A stretch of DNA of 57,404 nt, counting the filler, from Hydrolagus affinis (lineage: Eukaryota): the NCBI GenBank assembly GCA_012026655.1. It is 3 parts of 3 records of this genome, joined end to end, with 100 filler letters (N's around TTAATTAATTAA, not from the genome) between each part and the next. Parts side by side here need not be neighbours in the genome. Positions count along the whole stretch, not along the records: positions 1 to 27,278 come from JAAILG010008871.1; 2 more parts are not named here. One strand, given 5' to 3'. A program made the translations under genes and the position numbers. Numbering within the stretch: position 1 is the stretch's first letter; every line of letters begins with the position of its first letter. A model generated the notes under the pieces. It was not told the DNA's origin, ran no database searches, and saw only the letters and a list, made by a program, of their open reading frames with translations. Shown in pieces: positions 11,900 through 24,236 of the stretch.

Positions 11900-12440
11900 T
11901 GTGCAGGCTTTCACTTTGGTTTTCTCTCCGACAGACAATGTATGCTCGACTGGCGATCAGGGAAGATTCTGGACTGTGAAGCCATCGCAGAGAAGGTGGG
12001 AAAAACGTGGAGATGGTGTAACTTCACGGCATACCACGGCTCTGCATTCCACGGTTTCACTCTGCCTACAAACGAACCCACCTCTTTTCCTTCTTTCACC
12101 ACTTTCAAGCAATAGCTCGATCTGCCTGTCCCCATCTCTGCAACATTGCCCGACTCCGCCAGTTCCTCACCCCAAAAATGTTAAAATCCTCACCCACGCC
12201 TTCAAAACATCCGGCTCCCCTATGCAAATGCCCTGCTTGTTGTTTTTCCTAACTCCTCCGACCAAAAGCTGCAGATAATACAGAACTTTGTGGCCGTGTC
12301 CTCTAGCGTTCCAAGTTCCATGACCCCATCTCCCCCATCCTTGCTGGACTGCAATGGCTCCACATCATCTACAAAATCCAATTCAAGATCCTGGAACTCA
12401 CTTGTAAAGCCCTTCATAACCACCACCCTCCTTACATCCA
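11900..12440 (+). mobile_element. Decayed L2 LINE fragment
   Basis: One frame reads HDPISPILAGLQWLHIIYKIQFKILELTCKALH, matching the L2 ORF2 C-terminal HITPVL..LHWLP..RI.FKIL motif. Confidence 0.7.
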
Positions 12441-13273
12441 CGCATTTCACAAAATATACTGAATTGATTATATTTTACAATTCTGGTTAAAACGCCAGAA
12501 ATCTCAGTGAGCAAAGCTTCGGACGAGCCTGAATTGACCTTCATCTGTATCTTTCTGCATTCTCTAGTTCAGAAACTACTGACTCAGGCAACAGTGCTAT
12601 TGCCCAAGAAACACAAATAAATTCGCTTCTCTTTATAAATGGTGCCATAACATCTTCAACATTTAGTAAGTCGAATCACACATTCTCGCTAAGTTCTTAT
12701 TGAAATCACTGCTCCTACAGTAATGGTCAGTGTCCCAATGTGGAGATGAAAACACAATTTTCTAATACTTTGGGGCAAGTGATTCCAGTTGAATCAAGCT
12801 GGCAGCTTTACTTTACTGCAAACTGCAGAAACCAATTAATCATTTAAACAACTTGCCAGGAATACCAAAGTCAGCGGGAATCGGATAGTAAATACGACTT
12901 ATCCTGTGTATTATTGGAATTGGCATCCCCTAAGCATCCCCTTCGCTTGGCACACACAGGAGCTCACACTAACAACACGATATTCAAGAGCGAAATACCC
13001 GCGTGATTTATATAAATAGTGAATGCTTCACTGAGCAGAATCACTGCATGATCATTGTGCAGAATCAGTCATATAGAAATCATGTACTATCGATGGAACT
13101 TTGCATCCCAGTTCAAATAGAGTTTATTTTCACCAACTTTTTCTCTCACCCACACAGAAACACATCACCATGCTTTCCACATTTGAGAAGCTACCATTTG
13201 TGAAGGGCAGTATTTAAATGAAATTACAATTAAAACTGTTTTGCTAAAATATTGAAAGCGAATGTCATATCGT

Positions 13274-13660
13274 GGAGCTCCTGTAACTCAATGGTTAGAG
13301 CACTCGCCTAGCAAGCGTGAGACATGTGTTCGAATCCAAGCAGATGAGGTCGAAAATTTCCCTACTCAATACGCCTAACAATACTCCGTCCAAAAAACCC
13401 ACAGTAATAAAATTGGTCATTTCAATCCACAACTGTTTGTGCGACACTGCTGCACGCAATTGGATGCTATGTTTCGCCGACAAATATACAGTCAATTCCT
13501 CACCCCAAAAAAGCGAAATTCCGCACCTAAGCCTTCATAGTATCTGGCTCCACTATGCAAACGCGTACAGTATTTACAGTTTATTCTATGAAGCTCTTTT
13601 AGATGTCGATAAGATGTGAACATCGCTATATCAACTGCAAAGATTATTATGATTATTATT
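13274..13660 (+). mobile_element. tRNA-headed L2-tailed SINE (with internal insertion)
   Basis: Head ggagctcctgtaactcaatggttagagcactcgcc..gttcgaatcc, central motif, and (ATT)n tail. Confidence 0.8.
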
Positions 13661-13991
13661 ATACTAGTTATTATACTATTATATTACACTATATTATTAT
13701 ACTATTAGTTTCGTTAAAAAATAAAACTGTGTTGATTTGCAATATTTACAATGCGCTATATCATGAGCTGCCTGTACATTTCCCAGCAGCGAGAGTGAAA
13801 TATCATAACATAAGCAATTATTGTTCGTTGGTTAGATTTCTGGTCAATCTCTAAAAATAGTGGTTTATCTCATCTACTGGACTGTCCTACCACAGCAATA
13901 TACTGCCTGGGATGGTACATGTGGAGTTGTATTGTATTGCAAATCATAGATCGCAGCCTTTACCGAACCAAAACTAAGAACTGCATTTTGT

Positions 13992-14063
13992 GGGGATTCA
14001 GCTTTGGGGTAGAGCACGTGCTTTGCATGTATGAGGTCCCGTGTTCAATCCCCGGCGTCTCCA
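13992..14063 (+). tRNA. tRNA-Ala(TGC), degenerate, probable pseudogene
   Basis: 72 nt, near the vertebrate Ala-TGC consensus GGGGATGTAGCTCAGTGGTAGAGC..TTTGCATGTATGAGGTCCCGGGTTCGATCCCCGGCATCTCCA. T8>C, altered D loop, mismatches in acceptor and T stems, no adjacent T-run. Confidence 0.75.
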
Positions 14064-14483
14064 CGTGTGTTGTCAGAATCATATAGTGGAGTGTCAGATT
14101 TGGACTTTTTTATTATAATTTAATGCGATATTTTGATATCGTGTTACTCCACAGAATATATCCACAGCACGCTAGCATTTGGAACAAAACAACGAAAATG
14201 TTCAACGACACCCTGTAGTTCACTGCTTGTTGATCACTCACTGATGCGATGCTATAGATCTCATTAAACTTCAGTTATCACCTGTGATAATTCACTCTGA
14301 TGTGTAATAAAGAAAATAAGCGAATCAATTGGTGAAGCTGGAAAACATACACAGATACTGCAGCTCATAGGCATCACAATGGTTTGTTTTTCTGAAGAAG
14401 CTACTGCTCTAAAGCGAATTTTATGAAAGATAAGAAAATCTTCATAGAGAAGCATATTTTTGCGCTCAGCAGAAAATACTATT

Positions 14484-14555
14484 TTCCTTGACCGAGAATT
14501 GAACCCGGGCCGCAATGGTTAAAGCGCCGAATCCAAACCACTAGACCACCAGGGA
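14484..14555 (-). tRNA. tRNA-Glu-derived gene with TTA anticodon, probable pseudogene
   Basis: TCCCTGGTGGTCTAGTGGTTTGGATTCGGCGCTTTAACCATTGCGGCCCGGGTTCAATTCTCGGTCAAGGAA matches the Glu-TTC scaffold. The anticodon is TTA, the anticodon stem is damaged, and there is a C4:A69 mismatch. TTTT lies just downstream. Confidence 0.78.
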
Positions 14556-15034
14556 CTTCTCTTGTAATCATAGTACTAACCATTGCTTTATGACATCGCA
14601 CTAAAGTGAATGATCGTATGTTTGTGGGCAAAAATGCGGCAGCCAAAATTACACAGCAGTGTCCTCAACCAGTCATGGACTGAAATGATCAATTTTATTA
14701 CTGCATTTTTTTACGCATGATTATCAAGCATGTGGAGCCAGAAAACTTCCACAAGGTTTCACCCTGACCTGCCTGGATAGGAACACACGTCTCACACTTC
14801 TACTCATTTAGTGCAGCTCGTATACTTTCCCGCACGATGCTCTGTGACCATATCGCTGCCAGCCTCCTTAGTCTCCATTTCCTCTACATCTCCCTGTGCA
14901 TCAAATTCCAGATCCTCGGTTCTCATTTTCAGGACTATTCACGGCATTGCTTCCGCCTATCCCTCCGACCGGTTGCCTCCCAACGAGGGAGACAACCGGC
15001 TCCGGCCTCCACAAGGACAAACCTGGGAACAATA

Positions 15035-15960
15035 GGCCAGTCTGTCTAACAATAGTAGTGGGGACACATGTAGATAATATAATCAGGGACAAGACAGATC
15101 TTCACTCAGAAATATATTGGTTAAAAATGGACAGCCAGCACGATTTGCTGAAGACAAATCTTGCTTGACGCATCTGATATAATTTTTTGATGAGGGAACC
15201 GATTGGGTCGATGAGGCCTAGTGCAGTTGACGTAGTTTATATGGACTTTTAAAAGGCATTTGACACAGTACAACGTGAAAGGCTTTTTAAAGAAAATAGA
15301 GGCCTACGGTGCTAAAGAGACAGTGGCAGCTTGGATCCAGAACTGGCCGTGAGACAGAACGCAAAGTTGTGGTGAACGGCTGCTTTTCTGACTGGAGCGA
15401 ATTGTACAGTGGCGTTCCCAAGGGATCGTTATTGCGACGATTATTATTTTTAATTTACATTAATGTTCTAGACTTGGGTATAGGGAGTACCATTTCGAAG
15501 ATTGCAGATGACACAAGTTTAGGAAAAATAGTAAATAGTGAGGAAGATAATCGTCAACTGGAAGAAGATATAGATGGAGTGGTAAAATGGACAGACATGT
15601 GGCAGATGAAATTTAATCTAGAGATCTTTGAGGTGATGCATTTGGGGATGAGAAACGAGGGGAAGCAATAAAGGCTGGGTAGTACAGTTTTAAATTGTGT
15701 GAAGGAACACAGAGACCTGGGGGATTTGTGTGTGATTCTTTGAAGGTGGCAACCATAACAACAACTTCGAATTATATACAGCCCTCCACGCCAGACGGCT
15801 TCTCAGAGCACTTGAAAGGAGAGGTACAAAAGGCTATCAAATAAGCGTACAGGATACTGGGTTTACAAATGGCATAGAGTACTACAGTCAGGAAAATCTA
15901 ACAAATCTCTATAAAACTTTGGTTAGGCCTCAGCGAGAGAACTGTGTACATTTCTGGTAA
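15035..15960 (+). mobile_element. CR1 LINE RT fragment
   Basis: GVPKGSLL..LFLIYINVLD..STISKIADDTSLG..KWTDMWQMKFN (ORF 15309-15671). Confidence 0.9.
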
Positions 15961-16180
15961 CCACACTAATGAAAGGTGTTATGGCTTTCACAGTATGCAC
16001 GCACACCTGTCAAAAACCTGTGTAATTTCCTAGTTCCCACTCGTTAACGTACTTAATATTTACTCGTAACCTTGTGTCATTTGCAAAATTAAAGTTCTAT
16101 TGATTCATCCACACTATAGATATATTTTATGCTAAGTTCCCAGTACAAACTCCTGTCTGATATGTGATAAGGACTTTTTC

Positions 16181-16325
16181 AAGGAAGGAAGGAAGGCAGG
16201 GAGGCAGGGAGGGAGGGAGGGCGGGAGGGCGGGAGGGAGGGCGGGCGGGCGGGAGGGAGGGCGGGCGGGCGGGCGGGAGGGAGGGAGGGAGGGAGGGAGG
16301 GAGGGAGGAAGGGAGGGAGGAAGGA
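16181..16325 (+). repeat. (GGAA)/(GGGA)/(GGGC)n compound microsatellite
   Basis: Visible directly; it produces the low-complexity ORFs at 16164 and 16179. Confidence 0.95.
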
Positions 16326-16654
16326 ACCAGTTTGAGTAGGACTTTGGGGGTAAAAATGAGGTTTTCTACTCGAATATCTGAGAGATGGGGAGCCAGAGAT
16401 ATCGGGCAATAATGAAAACGATTGCTTTTTGGTGACTGGTGTGAGGGAGAACACAGGGTACAGAGTATTGATTAATCTGCCACATGTGGAGGAAAGAGTT
16501 AAGAAATCCATTACTTTTCTTAAATTGTTCTCCAATTTTATCCACCTAACTTCTGTTCTTTGAATTCTCCTCGACTGTTACCAAGATATTCGGTTTCCCA
16601 CCACACTAATGAATTCTTCAAGAAATTTAATTAGTTTAATCAGAGATAAACTAC

Positions 16655-17260
16655 AATATAAATCACCGAAAAAAAACGTTTATTGGACTGGACTGTGTTC
16701 GCCTCATTTCCTACATCACCTCTTCCCCCTCTTTCTAAAATCCTGATAGGGTCTCCATGGTCCTCACCTACCACCGAACCAGCCTCAATAGCCAATGGAT
16801 AATTCTCGCCGTTTCCGTCCAATCTAGATTGACCCTATAACAAATAACATATTTCCCTGCCTTTCTGTCTCAGCATTCCGAATGTACCGCTGCATATGTG
16901 ACTCCTTGTTTCATTTCTCCATCAACAACAACAGTTGCTCCCCTACTTCTCGCACCTTTACATGCCAGCGCAGAAGGTATCATACCCGAAACATGCCACT
17001 CCTCTATTCCCAGACCACTATGCAAGGTTATACACTAACCCCCAACCAAGTACCCAAGCATAGTTTTTAATGTCAGGCAACGGTTTACATGTTCTTCCGA
17101 AAATCTAGTACATTTCATCCGCTGCTCACGACGCGGTCTCCTCTATATTGTGGAGACTAAGCGTAGATTGATTGACCGATTTGCTCAGCATATATATTCT
17201 GTCCGTAAATACAACCCTGAACTACCAGTTTCATGTCTTTTTAACTCTCCTTCCTAGTAG
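16655..17260 (+). mobile_element. Penelope-like element fragment (RT linker + GIY-YIG endonuclease), decayed
   Basis: 17084-17257 translates FTCSSENLVHFIRCSRRGLLYIVETKRRLIDRFAQHIYSVRKYNPELPVSCLFNSPS, a GIY-YIG signature (..C..C...YIGET.R.L..RF.EH). DRVSMVLTYH lies upstream. Confidence 0.82.
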
Positions 17261-17689
17261 CAGATATTCGTGTTAGATGTAGGCATGTGACCGAATGCAA
17301 GGTCAAAGAGGAGAGTCATGAGACATGTCTTAAAGGAGTAAAGGTATAGAGCGAAACTTTGGAATGGTGGAAGGATTTCCAGAGACTGGGGACTGAACGC
17401 CCGACAACTGATGTGGGGCAAGGAAAGTTGGGGTGGGGGTGTGTGTGTGTGTGGGGTGGGGGTGTTGAAGCAGGAAAGCTTGCGAAATACAAGCAGCGTT
17501 TATTGAGTTATTTTGATTTTATATTCAGTAAACTAAATGTGTGTATTTTTCTGAATTATTTTTAGTAGAATATCTCAGTTTAGTTGGCATCACTCTCACT
17601 TCTGCTTCATAACATTTTCGGATAATTCGCATTTCTCAATTAGCAAATATAATTGCCAAAACGCTGCTGACAATTTTGTTTTTGTTCAG

Positions 17690-18270
17690 CCGGACGAAAT
17701 ACAAATCCCAAAGCCGTGCCCTCCACCGATAACCGTCTCCTCTGTCCAATTATCATGCCGTGCCGATTCTCTCCTCAAATTCACACTGCGAGGATACGCT
17801 GGACTTCCTCGAGACCAAAATCGAGGGAAACCATTGGCTGCACTGCCAACTTCCTCTCCATCCCCATCTCCACCATCCAACATTCCAATCCCTACCCATA
17901 ACTCCTTCCATACTTTCGAAACCGTCGCTCACTCACCTGCCATCATCATATCGATTGTGAACCCTACCAGCTGCTACCTTGACACAGCTCCCACAATCAT
18001 CCTTCCCTTCCAGTTCTACCTCCTTGCTCACCTTCTCCCGAAAATCAACAATCTCTCCCTATAATCGGGCACTGTTCACTTCCCCCACACATCCACAGTA
18101 GCTTCCAAGCTGCAGAAAAGCTTGCCTGGTACATCGCTGCTTTCCAATTGCAGGACAAAATCCAACATCTCCTTTTCTGTCCAATCTCCTTGAAAGAGTC
18201 TTGCTTCCCAACTTAATTATTTCCTCTACTTCACTCCCAACAGGAACACTTACAATCAGTTTATGTGCTG
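17690..18270 (+). mobile_element. Decayed L2 LINE ORF2 fragment
   Basis: Remnants of L2 motifs (LDFLETKIE, SCYLDTAPT, and an RP.SN.PFLS.ILE-like segment). Confidence 0.6.
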
Positions 18271-19035
18271 CTCACAACAAAACAACTACTTTGTTGTTCA
18301 GGGATGCAGCTAAAAAATGAAAATCAGTTGAACTGTGACTACATGTAGCCCTACTTATGCAATTAAATTCAATTGAATTAAAATAATTTAAGTGAATGTA
18401 TTACTTTAAAGTAAGTTAATGAATGTAAGTTTCGGTGCATCATGAAATGCACGTTAGTGCTGAAGCAGTTAATCTTTCTTCTATAACTACGAAAATCACA
18501 ACAAGATCTGCATCTCGGTGGATAGAGCACTGGCCTCACAAGCTAGAGACCTGGGTGCAACTCCACGCCAGGGTGAAACATTCGGCAATATTCCTCACTC
18601 CACATACCTAATAATAACAACAACAACAATAACAACAATTTGGATTTACATAGCGCCCTCCACGCCGGACGGCGTCTCAGAGAGCTTATATAATCCCGCA
18701 ATGTATAATAATTATACATTGTGCACAATTCGCTGCTACAATTCGCCCATGTGAATACAGTCAATTTACTTTACATAATATTCTGTGAAGCAACTTGAGA
18801 AATTTAGAAGACATGAAAAGTGCTATATCAAATGCAAGGGTTATTATTAGTATTACTTAATATATAGCAGCAGTTAATTAACTTTTTTGTGAATCAAACA
18901 GGTTGCAAAGAACAAATATAGTTGTAGGCTATCACGCGAATGAGGGATAGTTTAAAGAAACGTTTCTTATTCTACCTTTCTTGGTTTCAAAACAATACAT
19001 TTATTAAGTATAAGTTATATGCTATTGATGTGCCC

Positions 19036-19961
19036 TCAACTGGTTTCACTTTGCTGTTTATTATCCAACAAGTTAACGATCATTTTCAATGGGTGCTTTA
19101 TGGCATTGACTAACTCAACTCTAAATCTCGTTTGAGCCAAAGCATAAATGAATGTATTGGTGCCGCAACTCAGCAAGAGAAACATATTTGCGGTGTGAAC
19201 AGCTATGAACAATGGATCAGTGTATTTATTCGGCAGAAAGTGGGAGTTTGTGGTTCGAGAGTATATAAAGACGGTGACATATGGCATCCACAGCAACACA
19301 AAACTCCCAGAAATGGTGAGCAGCAAAATTATGGATTTCTTCCGGCTCTGCAACTCAGGATCATTGATTCTCTCCTTCCTGTGTCCGAGTAGAGACCTGC
19401 GTCTCCTGTTGGCTGCCAGGACATGCCTGACAGTCAGAGCGTTCAGCATTATTATCAGAAAATAGGGGATGAGAGGACAGTAAACAGTATCTAGCCAATC
19501 GAAGAATAACCATCCTGGAGACGAGTAGTAGGTGGGTTTTATCTTGCAACCTATCGGCACATGGTAGATGAGGTAGATAGGTTCAAACTTGAAGTAAATA
19601 GCTATGTTCTTCACGCAGGTCAGCCCACACACAAACGCAGTCATAAACTGAGCAGTTCTCAATGTGCAATATTGGGCTTTGATCTTTGGGTAACAGATTG
19701 CTACAGAGCGGTCCACAGTGAATGTCACCGTCAGCCACACTGATGTGTCAGCTAGACAGTAGTTCATGGCCTCATTGGCACTACAGAATGGCGTATACTC
19801 GATGACCGAATGTGGGAAATAGTAACGTAGAAGGTAGTAAACCACAACATTACAAATTAGTACCAGTAAATCTGTTGCTGTCATAATCAAGAGGTAGAGA
19901 TACACACATTTAGAAAGTCCACATCTTCTCTGACACAGGATAGCAATTGTCAGCAAGTTGG
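19036..19961 (-). CDS. GPR139/GPR142-like class A GPCR, exon 2 (7TM body)
   Basis: Acceptor ttctgggcag, phase 1. ANLLTIAIL, TVDRSVAIC (DRY variant), WMPY (TM6), GTNTFIY (NPxxY variant); open to TGA at 19036-19038. With exon 1 the protein is 331 aa. Confidence 0.92.
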
Positions 19962-20879
19962 CTGCCCAGAAGCGGAAAGAGAGAAACGTTTAAGAATCTA
20001 ACTGATTGTATCGAACTTTAAACATAAGTTGTGAAGTAATTGCGCTCGAGCTCATTAATCCTGCTAAGAAACTTTATTTTGGGACGTTCTCAAGTTGTGA
20101 AAAGTGAATTACCAATTTCAGTGCTTGAAATCATTTTACTACTGTTATAATAAATATCTTACCATTTGGTACACCATGAATTCACGTAAGGAAAACATCC
20201 TAAGGTTCTTCAAAATATTGTAATAGTAATAATAATCCTTGGATTTAATTTGGTAACTTATCTCATCATTGGAACATCTTACAACTCTTCATAGAATACA
20301 CTGTACTGTAAAATGAATTGACTATATTTTGGGCTTGACACCCAGTGGCTAACTGCACAGAATAGTATACCCACAAATAAACATTGATAGCTTGACCAAA
20401 TTATTTTCATGCATGAAGAGCAATGAAACTTGCCCTGTCAGGAACAGAATTCAGGTCCTTCTCTAGTGAAACCTGTGCACTATCAAATGACATCTAGAAA
20501 TCCAGCTTACTGTTATTTCTCACAATATTGCAATAAAATTACAATAATATCAAATTTAACATCCTAAACCTGTATTCTTTTGTTCTCGACTATGGGGACA
20601 TCTGCATCTATTAATCGGGGATTTCTTATTTTTAATCCACTTCAATTTCGCATACCTTTATAACGTTCACCATCATTAATCAACAACAAAAGCAACAATT
20701 TTGATTCATATTTATATTGCGCCCTCTACACCGAACGGCGTCTCCGAGTGCCTCAAAATAATAGATACCATTGGCGAGCCTGGGGCAGGTGGAAGAAAGG
20801 TGACAGAAAGCCCGGTCGAAGAGAAAACCTTCTCTTAATACTCAAGAGCACACATTCTAATTTGGCTGGAAGCGAAAGA

Positions 20880-21370
20880 TCCTTCGACAAAATTGGAAAA
20901 GAAAATAGGTTATTTCCTGGGATGAGGGGACTGACCTATGATGATAGGTTGAATAAACTAGGGCTGTATTCTCTAGAGTACAAAAGAATTAGGGGGGGAT
21001 CTTTTTGAAAGATATAAGATTCTTAAAGGGCTGGATAAATTAGACACTGAGGGACTGTTTCCCCTGGTAGGAGAATCTATAACCAGGGGTCACAGTCTTT
21101 AAATTAAGGGTCAGCCTTTTAGAACAGTGCTGAGCAAACATTTCTTCACTCAGAGGGTAGTGGATTTATGGAAGGCTGTAGATGCTCAGTCCTTGAACAT
21201 TTTCAAGGCTGGGACTGATAGATTTTTAAAAAATAGTTCGATCAGGGGATATGGGGATAGGGCAGGTAATCAGAGATAAGTTAGAAAATCAGCCATGATC
21301 TTATTGAATGGCGAAGCAGGCGCGAAGGGCCGAATGGCCTACTCCTGCTCCTAATTCTTAGGTTCTTATG
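20880..21370 (+). mobile_element. CR1 LINE 3' end in GPCR intron
   Basis: PGMRGLTYDDRLNKLGLYSLE motif, CR1 3'UTR and ttcttaggttcttatgt tail. Confidence 0.88.
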
Positions 21371-22674
21371 TAAAATATCCTGGGCGAAAAATCTTGAAGC
21401 CTGACAAATTATTACCTAGACATTGTTCTTTGCAAATGGTGTTCACCTGCACATTCAACACTGAATTATAATGAGTACAGTTTGCAGTAACTCCTGTGAA
21501 GCATCTTGAAATATTACTGTTTTGGGTTATCGATTACTTTCGTGCAGTGAATTAGTGAGGTTTGACTACTTAGAGTGATTTGAGGTTCCTGATCTCCATC
21601 ATGCATCCAGACTTAGGCTGAATTGTGTAGGGTTGTTGGAATTGGTCAAAGTTCACTTCCCTTTTACTGTGCAATGACCCTTTTATGGCCATGTTGGCAG
21701 CACATTGCACTCCATGGTGAGTTTGCTACACTCACCACTCAAACCCAGATCTCTGATCCTTGGCTACAAATTCCGCGTGCTCACCTATAATTGAAAGCTC
21801 CACCATCTCATTTCCTCTCCGTATCGCTGTGATCAGCTGCAGCCTTACATTCCCTGATGCTCCCTTTCTTCAGTAGCCACGTTTCTGTTTGATAACCCAT
21901 CGCTACCTTGCCCAGGTTTTCAAATCAGCTCGCTCTACTTCACATTCTCTGGAACTCAACCTGCAGCTACATTTTCTCACCATCTCTATCCATTTAGACA
22001 ATCAAATCTTTTCTCAAGGCTTTACACTTTGACTATTGTTTCGGTTAACATTTTCCCTCTCCACCACTTCAGCTGCCACCTACCTCCATTAAAGTCAGGC
22101 GCCCATCTTGCAGTGACGAATGATTTGAAATGTAGCCCTGATATTAATTGCATTGTGTAAGTGTAAGTTGTATTCCATTGTAAGACGCAGAAGTGAAATC
22201 GCAAATACTTTCATTGACGTGGCAAAGAAAACAAGTGCAAGTTAATTGGACACTCATTTAAAGAAACATTGCCATAGACTTTGCGGAAGTGGACAGGAGA
22301 AATAAACAACATCAAACAAGATTGTTTTGCATTTACTTTGTGCTTTGTTGGGACTAAGTTGGGAGAAAGTCAAAAGGAACTTAACAGTCTTGACATACAC
22401 ACCAAAATTACTGTAGGAAGCGAGAAGGTTAGCAATGGAATGGTAATCAAATGAACCGTCAATTGGTAGACCATGAAACAGATCTTGAATTTACTTAGGC
22501 AGGAGGCGAGACAGAAGGTGAGCCCATCCGGTATTCCTGGAGCAGACGCTGTATGGTCACCCGCTGATGGTGGGATGTTCAGGGTAGTTGGAAATATTGC
22601 CAACCAGTGCCATTTGACCAATTGTTTGGCTGTGGCAGTATGGCTGGAACATTTGATGATGCAAATGTGCTTAC

Positions 22675-22744
22675 CTGGTAATCCTATCACTGCCAGGAAA
22701 TGGAAAAAAATAAATGTTATCTGTACAATTAGTGGAAAACCCAT
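22675..22744 (-). CDS. GPR139-like GPCR, exon 1
   Basis: ATG MGFPLIVQITFIFFHFLAVIGLP + phase-1 gtaagc donor; joins to give the GLPAN TM1 motif. Confidence 0.88.
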
Positions 22745-24164
22745 GTTCTTCACTACTGTGGGCCAATGACTCACACAAAATCAAAGACTTATTGTGTGTG
22801 AAACAATAGTTCGGTTATATACAGTAAGTCAATGCTCCAGAGACCCGTTACAAAATAACGGCTGTCAGTTTCGTGCAAGTAAACAAACACCTTCAATCAT
22901 TATCAGGGAATAGAGTAGATCGTAGAAATAGGAGCGTGTAGCGAGGTACTCGCTTGGAAATCAGAGCAGCCATTGTAGGGTTTCATTAGGGCAAGCTGCC
23001 CCAAACTAGATTATCTAACTTTTTCTGGCACCTAAATTCACGTTTTTGGATCCCTCCTCTTCTTTTCTAGTCAAAGCGCTCCAAAATGCACTTTGCAATA
23101 ACAACAGCAACTTCAATTTCTATGGCCCCCTCCATGCCGTACTGCGTCTCAGAGCGCTATCCCCATACTTCCATTGTATACTTATTCATGATCACTTGAT
23201 CCACGGCAAGAGTGCTTACTCCATACTGAGCAAATTGAAATGATACGTCCTGTGAATCCACCTTCAATAGACAACCTTATTAAGAATGAGGAGCCTGAGG
23301 AAGGGCACAAACATCAAATAATTGCATTTGAATTGCCCAGTTCATGTCAGGAGGACATGCTAAAACACTGAACATTCACAGATCCGCTCACGCACTGGTG
23401 GATTGGATCAGCAGGGGAGAGCTGCCAGAAGAATATTTAGGAATATGGCCAAATGCATGGGTGAAGAAGAGGTTTGTGAAACAGTTCTTGAAGGATGAAA
23501 GTAAGCGGCATCGAATGGAGAAGTTCCAGAATTTGGGGGCAGATATGCTCAAGGCTGGATTTCTAATGGTAGGGCAGGAAAGTTGTGGTAAATAAAGCAA
23601 GTTTTCTTGGAATTACAAGTGGAGCTGAATGTTTATGTAAACCTGGCTCAGTCACACATCGCTGATTCAGGAATTTGTGCTTACAGCATGGGATTTATAT
23701 TTATAAAGTCCAGTCTGCCACTACTCTACATTGTTCAGGGATGTTAGAGGTGGGGTGAAATGAGAAAAAAAATTGAGGTCCTATCTCCCTGAAAAAGTGG
23801 ACATTCAGAAACGGGAGTGAGATTCTTCCAATTCCGGAGCCAATATGCCCATGGGACAAAACAATTCTTCAAATAGAAAAACTATGATTTAAAAAAGGAC
23901 CAATAACATGGAGCTATTAAAGACAAATAATGTGTAAAAAACCTGATAGAGTTTTTAATGAGCTACCGGAGAGGGTGCATGAAGTTAGTACAGGGTGCGA
24001 GTAGGAGACTGAGTCGATCACAGATTCTCTTCCTGGAACAGTTAGTTGTAAGTCCAGTCGATGATAATGGAAGCGATAGGATAGGTGAAAGTATAGCTAA
24101 CCAGTGCAACTGAAGTGGCTGGAACAGTACGGTTGGCGCATTGCAAAGATATACATTGTCTTAT

Positions 24165-24236
24165 CAGGGAATATGAAACCCGCCAGAAAATGGTAAAAAC
24201 AAATAAAAGTTAACATGACAATTGATGGAAACCCAT
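24165..24236 (-). pseudogene. Dead duplicate of GPCR exon 1
   Basis: (M)GFPSIVMLTFICFYHFLAGFIFP. A 1-nt deletion follows the ATG, the donor is mutated GT>AT (ataag), and the downstream intron shares tgttccagcca and gcactggtt with the real intron. Confidence 0.75.

Noticed and set aside
16164-16535. GGRE- and PPSL-repeat ORFs
   Set aside because: By-products of the GGGA/GGGC microsatellite.
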